Source: a bacterium
GTDB taxonomy: Bacteria > SZUA-182 > DTGQ01
NCBI GenBank assembly: GCA_040752695.1
Contig: JBFMGO010000005.1
Coordinates: 53,783-103,048, forward strand
DNA length: 49,266 nt
Direction of reading: 5' to 3'
The translations under genes and the position numbers were made by a program. Positions 36,670 through 45,575 of this stretch are shown in pieces. The notes under the pieces are model-generated. The model did not search any database and was not told the origin of the DNA. It saw only the letters and a list, made by a program, of their open reading frames with translations. Positions within the stretch are counted from its first letter, which is position 1; the number at the start of each line of letters is the position of its first letter.

Positions 36670-38100
36670 TTATAAAGGTAAGCCTACCATAGGCCAGTAT
36701 AATTTTACCAGAATTAAAAAAATGATCCAGCTGCAAATGTGCATAATGAGACCTGCCTTGAGGATTTCCTGAATCTCGTAATACCCTGAGGAATAGGCGA
36801 TCGCATTGGCAGGGGAGCCCATAGGCAGGATAAAAGGTAACCCGGAAGGAATGGCCACTCCGAAAACAATGGCCAGGGGATTGATGGAGTGAGCCCTGGC
36901 CACACTGAATCCAATCGGTATGATAATGGCTACACAGGCTACGTTGCTGATTCCCTCGGTGAGCATAAAAGACAAAAGAGCGAAGGCGCCTATGGTCCAG
37001 AATGCGGAAAAAATCCCTTTACTCAGCAGGGTTTGAGCGATCCAGCGGGCTGCACCGGCCTGATCGACCGCCTTGGCCATAACAATGGCACCGCCATACA
37101 TCAGGATCACTCCCCAGTTAACGTAGTTGTTGACGTCATCCCAGGTAATGACCCGGGCAGCAAACAGGGCAACGGCAGACAGGAGTGAAACCATAGCCAG
37201 CTCGAACCATTTATTCAGAAAAATCCAGGTCAGTATGGTGATGACCAGGATACAGATAACCTTTTTCTCCGGCAGGGTCATGGGACCGATTTCCCGCAAT
37301 TCCTCATCGAGTTTTTTCCTGGCTGGCCGTACATCGGCTATTTTGATCCGAAAGCCGAGAATCAGCGTCAGGTAGGCAACAATGAGCATGGATCCTGCCA
37401 TGGGAAGAGCCACTTTGGACCACCCCCAGAAGTCGATGGAGAAACCGAAGGTCTCTTTCAACATGCCGATGGCTAAAGGTGCTCTCGCCCCACCCAAAAG
37501 GGTCCCCACGCCGCCGATAACCGACCCCCAGGACATGGCCAGAAAAAGGCAGGCTCCATACTGATCCTCAAGAGGCTGTAGATCCAGGCTCGCGGCAATG
37601 GTTGCCACCACCGGGAACATCAGGGCCGCCACTGCATGCTCCGGCATGATCAGGGCCAGAAGGCTGCATGTAACCAGAATCCCGAAGATCAAAATGCGAG
37701 GACTCCGACTGAAATGGCTGAGGATGGCTAAAGCCGTGCGCTTGCTCAGACCCGATTTTATCATGGCCGTAGCCATGATAAAGGCCCCAAGGATAAAAAA
37801 TACCGCGCTGTTGCCAAAGAAAGAATACGCCTGATCCGCTTTCATGACCCCTAAAAGAGGGATCAGGGCAATGACTAACAGGCCGGTGACTGACAGGGGC
37901 AGAGCATTGGTAATCCACAGGATCAGGGCCAGAGCAAAGATACCCATCGCCCGCTGCCCGCCGATGGGCAGATGAGCCGGGGTGGGCAGAACCAGAAAAA
38001 TGAAAAGGACAAAGAAGGCAAAAACGAGACACAGAAGGTCTCTTTTATTCCATGAGGTACTGTTTTGGAAATGATTGCTTTCTGAGTTATTGTTTTCCAC
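36670..38100 (-). CDS. DASS/SLC13 family sodium:anion (sulfate or dicarboxylate) symporter
   Basis: LWITNALP..VT, SGLSKR.A, IGGVGTLLG, VNWGVILMYGG, ISNVA, LPMGSPANAIAY. Confidence 0.92.
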   Translation of the reverse strand: MENNNSESNHFQNSTSWNKRDLLCLVFAFFVLFIFLVLPTPAHLPIGGQRAMGIFALALILWITNALPLSVTGLLVIALIPLLGVMKADQAYSFFGNSAVFFILGAFIMATAMIKSGLSKRTALAILSHFSRSPRILIFGILVTCSLLALIMPEHAVAALMFPVVATIAASLDLQPLEDQYGACLFLAMSWGSVIGGVGTLLGGARAPLAIGMLKETFGFSIDFWGWSKVALPMAGSMLIVAYLTLILGFRIKIADVRPARKKLDEELREIGPMTLPEKKVICILVITILTWIFLNKWFELAMVSLLSAVALFAARVITWDDVNNYVNWGVILMYGGAIVMAKAVDQAGAARWIAQTLLSKGIFSAFWTIGAFALLSFMLTEGISNVACVAIIIPIGFSVARAHSINPLAIVFGVAIPSGLPFILPMGSPANAIAYSSGYYEIQEILKAGLIMHICSWIIFLILVKLYWPMVGLPL

Positions 38101-38219
38101 GTCAATTGTTTTCCAGGTTAATTGAGCTTTTTGATCTTTGCTCTTCAGGTCTTAGAGATAGGCTGTTATCTCAGTATAGCCTAAAAAAAGGTAAAAAGGA
38201 AGGGTTCAGGAACGAGAAA

Positions 38220-41200
38220 TCAGGAATGGCATTCCTGGCACGCTTTTTCGGCTGGAAACATAAAGTCGGTTATTCCCGGAAAACCATTTTTCTCTGACCA
38301 GGGATAGGCCTTTTTCGGCAGGGAATGGTCACTGCGATGGCAGGCCATGCAATTGATACTGGCCTGTTTGGATACGCCCTTTTGGCCATGCTGAATATCC
38401 TGGTGGCATCGAAAACACTCGATCATCTGTTTGTTTACATGTATGGTATGGATCAAAGCGGGGTCATCGGCCTGCCTGGGCTTCAAATGGCAGGTCGTAC
38501 AGCGCTCTTTCGGGACCAGGCCATCTCCCTGCGTAACCTTGATATGGCAATCCGTGCATTGAAGGTTTTCATTCTTGGCCATGAATTCCTGGTGAGTGAA
38601 TTTAACTCCTGCAAAGGAGATGGAGATGCCAGGCAGAGAGTGACAGGTAATACAGCCCCCGATCCCTGTGTCTTTCTCCTGTCTTCCCTTGAAGTGGCAA
38701 TCGAAACATGTTGTTTCCGTTACCCGCACGTGCTCGCCCTGGACAATCTGCGAATGGCAGGTAATACACCTCAAATGCTTCCCCCGGGGAGTTTTTTCCA
38801 GGTGCTGGCTATGGCTGAATCGAATGCCCTGCTTAAACTTCTTTTCTTCTTGAATCTCTTCCCATTGGTGACATCCGTGCTGCAAGCACGTCTCGTCAGT
38901 GACCTTCGAATGAGGAAAAATGGAGTAGGTTTTCGCCAGCGATTGAAAAACGCGCCCTATTCTCCCCTTGCCTTCCCTGTCTACGGGGCTGTTCAGATGT
39001 TCATAATGGCAGGAGACGCAGCTCACCGCCTGATGGGAGGAAGTTTTCCAGGCCGCGGTATAGGGACGCATGTAATGGCATCGGCTGCAAAAGTCAGGAT
39101 CATTGATGATCTTATGTGAGTACAGAGGGATCAGGATGAAGGGGAAACTCGCCAATAATCCCAGACAGGCAAGAGCTTTTTTCAAAAGAGCGCTCTTCTG
39201 ACTGGAGGTGTTGTCCACTACCGATTTGCCGGCGGCAGGAGAAAGAAAGAAAAAAAGTCCCAGGAAGCTGATCAGGTAAAGGCCATAAACCGACAAATCC
39301 CCCATGTACTTTTGGTAATCGATATTAAGAAAGTTATAAGCTAAAAGCCCCAGGGTAATCGTGGAAAGATACAGATACAGCTCTTTTGCCAGTTGGACAG
39401 CCAGAAACATGTAGAGAATGGCCGAAAGAAGGAGAAGCTTCTGAGTGACCTCCAGATCCCCGTAAAACAGGGCCATGATACTGCAGGTCAGGGCCACGAG
39501 CGTGGCCACGTCAAAGACTGGCTGCGACTGATCTTCTCCCTTCTTTCTTTTGACCATATAGCCGGCAAAGCAAAAAAAGAACGGACAAAGGAAAAAATAC
39601 TGCAAGCGCATTGCAGGCAGAAGGGTAGTTATACTCTGCAAGCCGAAGTAGTAGCTTATGGCAAAAAAAGTGGCAGTAAGAAATACGTTTTCGTAGCAGA
39701 GAGATATAAAGCTCAGGAACAGGTAGCCAAAAGCATAAACCAGCAAAGGCAGAAGAAGCCAGCCTGGATTTCCAGCCCCTGAGTTCATGAGCGCCTTGAG
39801 AGTAATTGCGGCTATCCATAGATGTCCGGAGAAGGTAATAGCGTTTTTCCCCCAGCGAAGGGAAGGCCAAAAACTACAGCCATACAGAATCAGTGCCAGA
39901 GGAAGAGCTCCCGGTAAAAGCACCTTCCAATGGGCTCCAGCCAGAAGTCCCCCATACCAGACCGCAGCCAGGCTCAAACAGGCTGCATAGATGTGCAGGA
40001 CCTTTCTTGTCCGGTAAGCCATGAAAAGATGACAGGCAGACAGGATCAATCCAAGGAAGATACCTGATGAAAGGTTTCTGGTATAGGCCCAGACAATGAC
40101 AGCAACCAGGCTCAGGGCATTTGCTATCCAGTAAGACGCTCTGCTCAGCCTGGGAGATGATCCAGCCAGGCATCCATAGGCCAGGCAATAGAGGAAAGTG
40201 CACACTGACAGGCCGTAAATACAAAGAGCGGAAGAATAATGCAAAGTAACCAGAAAAAACCCACTCAGCACCATCCACCCGAAATACCAGATTTCGCTCA
40301 GAGAGTATCCTTTGCGCTGTGACCATATGCCCTGCCCAAGCAGCAGAAATGACGGTAACAGAAAGAGCAGATTGCCCCCCTCATAAGAAAGGAAATCCTT
40401 TGGGATCAGGTAGAAGTAAAGGAAAGCTGCAACCAGCACCACAGGGAAGAGAAACTTTTTGTCCTCTGTGATCAGAAAAAACAAGAGCATGGAAAAAAGA
40501 TACCCAAAGGCCAGCATACAAATGAAATCCAGAGAATAATTGGCTAACTGCAAAGGAATGAGAAAGGAGAACAGGACAGTGAGAAACTGTACCTCATAGA
40601 TCGATTTACTGAAAGCGCACAACCCCTGCTGCTGCCCGATATACCCCAGCCAAAAGAAGACCCAGATCAGGGGAATGGCCAGAATGAGATACCAACTGAT
40701 TTCATAAACCGGAGAGTGAATCAATAAACCTTCGAAAAAGGCAATATTCATAAACAGGCCGAACATGTAGGCGCAAATATTCCGCTCGCCTTTATCCTCT
40801 GGTCCATTATTCCAGGCAGCTGCAAAATAGAGAAGAGCATAAGCCAAAGAGATCCCAAGGCAAAAAAAGTTGACCGGAAAACCATTCCAGGCAAAGAGGA
40901 GAAGATAGACAAGAGTGGGCAGATAGGAAAGCAGCAGAAAATCCTCTTGATCCGGCTGCCGTTCCCTGTTTATGACGCCGGTTTTCTGTATTGCAGCACC
41001 AGTTGTCGCCAGGCAGCCTGATGATGGCACCAGGCAGTCTGATACTGTCGCAGGGCAGCCTGATGGTGGTGAGGGTAAGCCTGATGATGGCAAGAGGCAG
41101 CCTGATGACGATAAGGGGAAGCCTGATATATGCTTCTGCAAGGTGTACAGGCGGTAAAAATGAAAGGAATACAGAAACTGAACAACCATCAGTAATGATA

Positions 41201-42008
41201 TGTTTGTGCGGCAATACCAAAGGGCTATTAAAAGTCCGGCAGATCCAACGACAGAGGCCGGATGCCATCTTTTCTCTTTGGTTTGCATTTGCCGACAAAC
41301 TCCAGCGTACATAAAGATCATGAAGAGAATACTCAAATACAGGCCATGAGATTCCAAAGGAATGGCAGGTATCTGGTAGAGAAGGAAAAATAGCGAAAGG
41401 GGAAGACATACAAGCCCATAGTACAGCCACAATGTTGGCAGGCAGGAACTCTTCTTTGGCTGCCGAAAGAAACGCCAAAAGGAGAAGAGACTATAAAAAG
41501 CAAGGGTACAGCCAGCGACAGCCGGCTTTTTTGTCAGATAATCCCTGTTCTGCATCAGCACGGTGATGACAAAAAAGAAACTCATCATACTGGCAGTATC
41601 ATCCAACACCCGCAAAGCCTCTTTATGGCCAAGGGCAAGAGGAACTTTAGCCTTCTCAAGAGCGTAGCGCGTCCCTGATAAGAAAATAACCAGAGGAATC
41701 GAAAGCACGGGAGACAATAACGGGAAAGAAGGCACCAGCCAGTAAGCAAAAAGAAAGTAGGAAAAAGTCAGCAAAATAACAGCCGGATACATAAACACTT
41801 TTGCCAAAAGACGGGCGAAGGCAAGGCTGAGAAGGGAAAAAAGGATAAGAATACCGCTGCCCAGAAGAGGATTGGCCAGGAGGAATCCCCTGCTGACCAC
41901 CAATAGAAAAACTCCGGCAAGCAGGCTCAATCCATGGCTGAACTGTCTCCAATAACCCTTTTCCATCGACCCGATAATAATTCTTTCTTCCCGGCTTTCC
42001 ATAACCAC
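38220..42008 (-). CDS. Large polytopic membrane protein fused to a C-terminal NapC/NirT-like multiheme cytochrome c (10 CxxCH + 1 CX4CH)
   Basis: About aa 1-965 almost continuously hydrophobic; from aa 974: CSRCH, CVSCH, CLQHGCH, CITCH, CFDCH, CITCH, CTDCH, CTTCH, CFRCH, CMACH, CQECH. Confidence 0.85.
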   Translation of the reverse strand: MVMESREERIIIGSMEKGYWRQFSHGLSLLAGVFLLVVSRGFLLANPLLGSGILILFSLLSLAFARLLAKVFMYPAVILLTFSYFLFAYWLVPSFPLLSPVLSIPLVIFLSGTRYALEKAKVPLALGHKEALRVLDDTASMMSFFFVITVLMQNRDYLTKKPAVAGCTLAFYSLFSFWRFFRQPKKSSCLPTLWLYYGLVCLPLSLFFLLYQIPAIPLESHGLYLSILFMIFMYAGVCRQMQTKEKRWHPASVVGSAGLLIALWYCRTNISLLMVVQFLYSFHFYRLYTLQKHISGFPLSSSGCLLPSSGLPSPPSGCPATVSDCLVPSSGCLATTGAAIQKTGVINRERQPDQEDFLLLSYLPTLVYLLLFAWNGFPVNFFCLGISLAYALLYFAAAWNNGPEDKGERNICAYMFGLFMNIAFFEGLLIHSPVYEISWYLILAIPLIWVFFWLGYIGQQQGLCAFSKSIYEVQFLTVLFSFLIPLQLANYSLDFICMLAFGYLFSMLLFFLITEDKKFLFPVVLVAAFLYFYLIPKDFLSYEGGNLLFLLPSFLLLGQGIWSQRKGYSLSEIWYFGWMVLSGFFLVTLHYSSALCIYGLSVCTFLYCLAYGCLAGSSPRLSRASYWIANALSLVAVIVWAYTRNLSSGIFLGLILSACHLFMAYRTRKVLHIYAACLSLAAVWYGGLLAGAHWKVLLPGALPLALILYGCSFWPSLRWGKNAITFSGHLWIAAITLKALMNSGAGNPGWLLLPLLVYAFGYLFLSFISLCYENVFLTATFFAISYYFGLQSITTLLPAMRLQYFFLCPFFFCFAGYMVKRKKGEDQSQPVFDVATLVALTCSIMALFYGDLEVTQKLLLLSAILYMFLAVQLAKELYLYLSTITLGLLAYNFLNIDYQKYMGDLSVYGLYLISFLGLFFFLSPAAGKSVVDNTSSQKSALLKKALACLGLLASFPFILIPLYSHKIINDPDFCSRCHYMRPYTAAWKTSSHQAVSCVSCHYEHLNSPVDREGKGRIGRVFQSLAKTYSIFPHSKVTDETCLQHGCHQWEEIQEEKKFKQGIRFSHSQHLEKTPRGKHLRCITCHSQIVQGEHVRVTETTCFDCHFKGRQEKDTGIGGCITCHSLPGISISFAGVKFTHQEFMAKNENLQCTDCHIKVTQGDGLVPKERCTTCHLKPRQADDPALIHTIHVNKQMIECFRCHQDIQHGQKGVSKQASINCMACHRSDHSLPKKAYPWSEKNGFPGITDFMFPAEKACQECHS
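41011..41127 (-). repeat. In-frame 21-nt repeats (~5.5 copies) encoding SSGCLxP-like units
   Basis: Plus-strand AGGCAGCCTGATGATGGCANN period; peptide SGFPLSSSGCLLPSSGLPSPPSGCPATVSDCLVPSSGCL. Confidence 0.85.
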
Positions 42009-42042
42009 CCAAATTTTATGAACATCATCATTGCTTGAGCTC

Positions 42043-42060
42043 TCGCATAATTTGTGCCTG
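42043..42060 (-). promoter_or_regulatory. Possible sigma54 promoter of the membrane-cytochrome operon
   Basis: Minus strand CAGGCACAAATTATGCG: GG-N10-GC, ~35 nt upstream of the start. Confidence 0.45.
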
Positions 42061-43029
42061 AAGTAAGTCTGGATGGCTGCAGCCGGGGGACAGGGATTAA
42101 CACATTGGTATTATGCCGATATTATTATATTAAACTTGACGATTAACGTGATTTCGCTTCACCGGCTCTGGCTGGAAATTCAAGATCGCCAAAGGATTCA
42201 GGCGAAAGAAAATGAGGGGAGTAGGTAATTCCTTTCACACCCAGGGGCCCTCTTATGCAATGATAATTAAAGAGTAATCGAACAGGTATGTTCAAAGTCA
42301 CATTATGCATTTGATTGCACAATCCTTTTCCTATGATGATGGTGTGGGGAAGGAGGCACGATGGCATGATATAGCCTGTGAAAATGCACTCCCAATGCGC
42401 TCCAATGCACCATAATTATCAAGGCAGTTGACCGTAACTGCCAGGGTAGTTTACCGTCCAGTACTATGGTTGTGTTGATCCCGAAACGATGGTTGCATTG
42501 ATCCCGAAAGATGAAAAATATGGTCAGTCTCTATGTAGTTGTCTGTAGTGGCACAGGGTCGAACAAACACGATAAAGAGTAAAAAATTATCCCCCCATTT
42601 TTAGGCGAGACCGCGGCAAGTTACGCGGCCAGGTGATCCCACATCAAAACACCGATAGGCTCCTGACCCTTACCTTAATCTGTAGAAAGTGGTGGAAGCG
42701 GCGATCAGCCGTTTTAAAGCGCCAGACATGCGCCTGCACTATGAGACAGAGTCAGCCCCTTTGCCTATCCGATAACCGGCCGTGTATCTCATAACCGGAT
42801 TCTTTGACGTTGGTAAAAAAGAGGGGGATACTGATGAGCACACTATTCAAACTGGCCAGACTTCCTCCGGCCATATCATAATGATCTTTTGGCAATAGAC
42901 AAGATCCTCTCACCTGTTGCGCTTATCTTTCTCAAATTTATTCTTTTCAGAAGAAGCGAGGAGATGAAGGGGGTACCAACATGATTTATCTGTCAGTCGT
43001 CTCAATATAAGGTGAATCTACAAAAGTCT

Positions 43030-43131
43030 ATCCGAAAAGTCCCGGGAACCGGCATCAGCGGCGGGGGGGGAACACCTATACTTTTCGGATCGGCACAACC
43101 TAAGATGTTTTGGTATTGGAGGGAGGTTGTG
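43030..43131 (+). promoter_or_regulatory. Structured leader: two stems, the second overlapping the RBS region
   Basis: ATCCGAAAAGT(43030)/ACTTTTCGGAT(43080), 11 bp; CACAACCT(43094)/AGGTTGTG(43124), 8 bp. Confidence 0.4.
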
Positions 43132-43136
43132 AGGTC

Positions 43137-43760
43137 ATGTTAAAAAAATCTGGAATAATCATTGCTTTCAGCTTCTTCTTTTGCCTGGTTATCTCTTCTT
43201 TTACTCTTCCCGGTATATGTGCTGAAACAGGTGAGAATAGCAGTGTCAGCAGAAACGCGAACTGGTATGAAACACAATATGGTACTTCGCCGTTTGGAGG
43301 AACATGGATAATGGGGCAGTTTGGTCCCGATATCGGGTATGGTGAACAAGGGGTTTCCTATCAATATAGCGACCCCTTAACCGGCTCCTATGTAAGCTAT
43401 ATGAGCACAGGTATGGGGATGGGATTAGGAGGACCATTTGTCGGTTATGGCGGCATGTACAGCCCCGTGGCGGCACAATCCTACGGCCCCTATGCGAATG
43501 GCAACAATCCCCAGATCCAGCCAACGCCGGGGTGGTCTACAAAAGGCTACTCCTCCGGGAATCTCTTCGGCCAGAGCACTAACTATTATCAAGCCCAGCC
43601 TGCATTGTTTGGCCTGGGCCTTTATGGCCTGGGTGGATATGGCCTGGGTGGATATAGCAGCCTGGGCCTTTACGGTTTAGGCGGATACGGCGTCTCAGGA
43701 CTATATTACGGCACCGCTGGACTGTATGGTTTAGGCGGGTTTAGTTACCCGTATATATAG
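43137..43760 (+). CDS. Secreted Gly/Tyr-rich low-complexity protein with GLYGLGGY repeats
   Basis: Signal peptide MLKKSGII...GICA; C-terminal GLGLYGLGGYGLGGYSSLGLYGLGGY...GLYGLGGF; start ATG 43137. Confidence 0.8.
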   Translation: MLKKSGIIIAFSFFFCLVISSFTLPGICAETGENSSVSRNANWYETQYGTSPFGGTWIMGQFGPDIGYGEQGVSYQYSDPLTGSYVSYMSTGMGMGLGGPFVGYGGMYSPVAAQSYGPYANGNNPQIQPTPGWSTKGYSSGNLFGQSTNYYQAQPALFGLGLYGLGGYGLGGYSSLGLYGLGGYGVSGLYYGTAGLYGLGGFSYPYI

Positions 43761-43874
43761 CGCTTATAAAGAGATCGCTTATCATTATATTGAGCGCCTA
43801 TCATTGTTCCAATTACATCTTCATAATATCTAGAGAGAGTGATTAGGATGCTCAATTCGGTTACCTGGACAGAC

Positions 43875-43926
43875 AGGGGGATCAGCCCTTGACATCCGAT
43901 ATTGTTGTCAAGGGGCTGATCCCCCT
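43875..43926. terminator. Bidirectional terminator-like hairpin between convergent genes
   Basis: AGGGGGATCAGCCCTTGACA / TGTCAAGGGGCTGATCCCCCT (20 bp, one bulge). Confidence 0.65.
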
Positions 43927-44006
43927 TTGGTGTGTCAGGCCATGTCGCCTAACCTTGATCTTCAGTATAATCCCTATTCAATTCCCTGTTCAATTCTCCG
44001 GTTCAA

Positions 44007-45452
44007 TCATTTATCTTTCCAGCCCTGAAAATTATAACACCAGATATATTCAATGCTGTCCACCTTGCCCCCATTCAGCATGATATCGATCTTTTTTACA
44101 GAGGCCGCACGATCGCACTGGAAGATCCGGGGTATATCTTTTGCATGAAAATGACTGTTGAGAAAAAGGAGATCGTACCCTGCGGGAAGCTTCTTCTCCC
44201 AGAAATCGAACTGGTCATCGCGCTGATCGACGACAAAAACGGGGTAGTGATAAGGAAAAGCGTAATATATGACGCGGCTGGCCATGGTCCAGTTTGTTAC
44301 TGCCACGGCTTTTTTCGGGTTCGGATTTTGCTTCCAAATGGCGTTGGCCTCCTCGGCAATGGCCGGGTAGCCGTAGATATCCTGGAATGGTGATTTGTAG
44401 TCTGGAAAACGGATCCATTTTGCAGAGAGCTCCGCGTAGAGGAAAAGCGTGACGATCAGGCTGAAGCCTATGCACAAATAGAGGAAGTTTCTCTTGCGGC
44501 AGCCTCCGTCCATGAGCAGGAAGTAAGTACCCAGGGGGATAAAGAGGATGTAAAAGATGCAGCTCCAGTGAGGCAATGCCGGCTCACGAAGGGAAGAGTA
44601 CAAAAAGAAGGCCAGAATCGTCCCTCCGAACAAAAGAGACAGTCTGATAAGATCCTCCTTCGCCTTGAAACTTTTATAAAGGCCGTAAAGGCTGACGGCA
44701 AATAAAAAAGGACTGTAAAAACCCGCCTGGGAGGTAATCGCAGTAAGCAGGCATTGCAGCCTCACCCTGCGTGAGCCAAGAACATGGTTCATCTGGTAAT
44801 GGAAGCTGATGAAGTCGTTCTTTAAGTTCCAGTAGATAACGGGCCAGATCAAAAGCAAAGCAATAGCTGCCGCCAGAAACATCCAGGGGGAGAACAGGAT
44901 GTCATACCTCTTTTTAAGAAGGAAATAAACGATAAAGGGCGGCACAAGAAGGATCGCTGTGTATTTGGCAAGACCGGCCAGCCCGAAAGTGACGCCGAGA
45001 TAAAGAAAAAACCGCCAGCCCCCTTCCATTTCTATCTTCCTGGTAACAAAAATCAGGGGAAAGATCAGGAACATAAGAAAGCAATCCGGCAAAAGCATGA
45101 GACTCATTGCATTCAGGAGGAAAGAACAGTTCAGGGCCAGAGCGGCGATAAGCGCGACCGTTTTACTATCGGAAATTTCCAGCATAAATTGATAAGCGAA
45201 CCAGGAAACGAAGACGAACAGGATAATGGCAGGCAGGCGGACGGTAAATTCATTCATCCCGAACAGGGAGGAGAAAAGAGCATGAACCCAGCCCACGAGG
45301 GGCGGGTGATCGACATAGCTCCAATCCAGGTACCTGGCATAGAGGGCGTAATGAGCCTCATCGACTCCCAAACCAAAAGTAGGGGCAACGAGCAGGCGGA
45401 TCAATGTGAAGGATGCGATTAATATGATGATTTCTTTATATTTCTTTACCAT
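44007..45452 (-). CDS. GT-C membrane glycosyltransferase (GT39/ArnT-PMT-like)
   Basis: DEAHY, LDWSYVDHPPL, VRLPA, GLAGLAKYT, P.IYWN; multiple TM helices; start moved to ATG 45452. Confidence 0.88.
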   Translation of the reverse strand: MVKKYKEIIILIASFTLIRLLVAPTFGLGVDEAHYALYARYLDWSYVDHPPLVGWVHALFSSLFGMNEFTVRLPAIILFVFVSWFAYQFMLEISDSKTVALIAALALNCSFLLNAMSLMLLPDCFLMFLIFPLIFVTRKIEMEGGWRFFLYLGVTFGLAGLAKYTAILLVPPFIVYFLLKKRYDILFSPWMFLAAAIALLLIWPVIYWNLKNDFISFHYQMNHVLGSRRVRLQCLLTAITSQAGFYSPFLFAVSLYGLYKSFKAKEDLIRLSLLFGGTILAFFLYSSLREPALPHWSCIFYILFIPLGTYFLLMDGGCRKRNFLYLCIGFSLIVTLFLYAELSAKWIRFPDYKSPFQDIYGYPAIAEEANAIWKQNPNPKKAVAVTNWTMASRVIYYAFPYHYPVFVVDQRDDQFDFWEKKLPAGYDLLFLNSHFHAKDIPRIFQCDRAASVKKIDIMLNGGKVDSIEYIWCYNFQGWKDK

Positions 45453-45575
45453 AGCTTGCCGTAATTTACCATGTTTATGGGCCTGACACAATTAAGGACC
45501 TGATACTATTTAAGGAACTGACACTATGAAGAAAAAGCCTCAAATGCCTCATCCGCTTCCACGGTGTCCTCACTT

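Noticed and set aside
38180..38222. Selenocysteine or readthrough at the TGA after the last heme motif
   Set aside because: The frame closes with TAG after 12 low-complexity codons and no SECIS-like hairpin is evident.
43032..43075. RNase P RNA (GAAAAGTCCCGG resembles GAGGAAAGUCC)
   Set aside because: Region is too short before the next CDS and lacks the conserved 3' ACAGAA...GCTTA motif.
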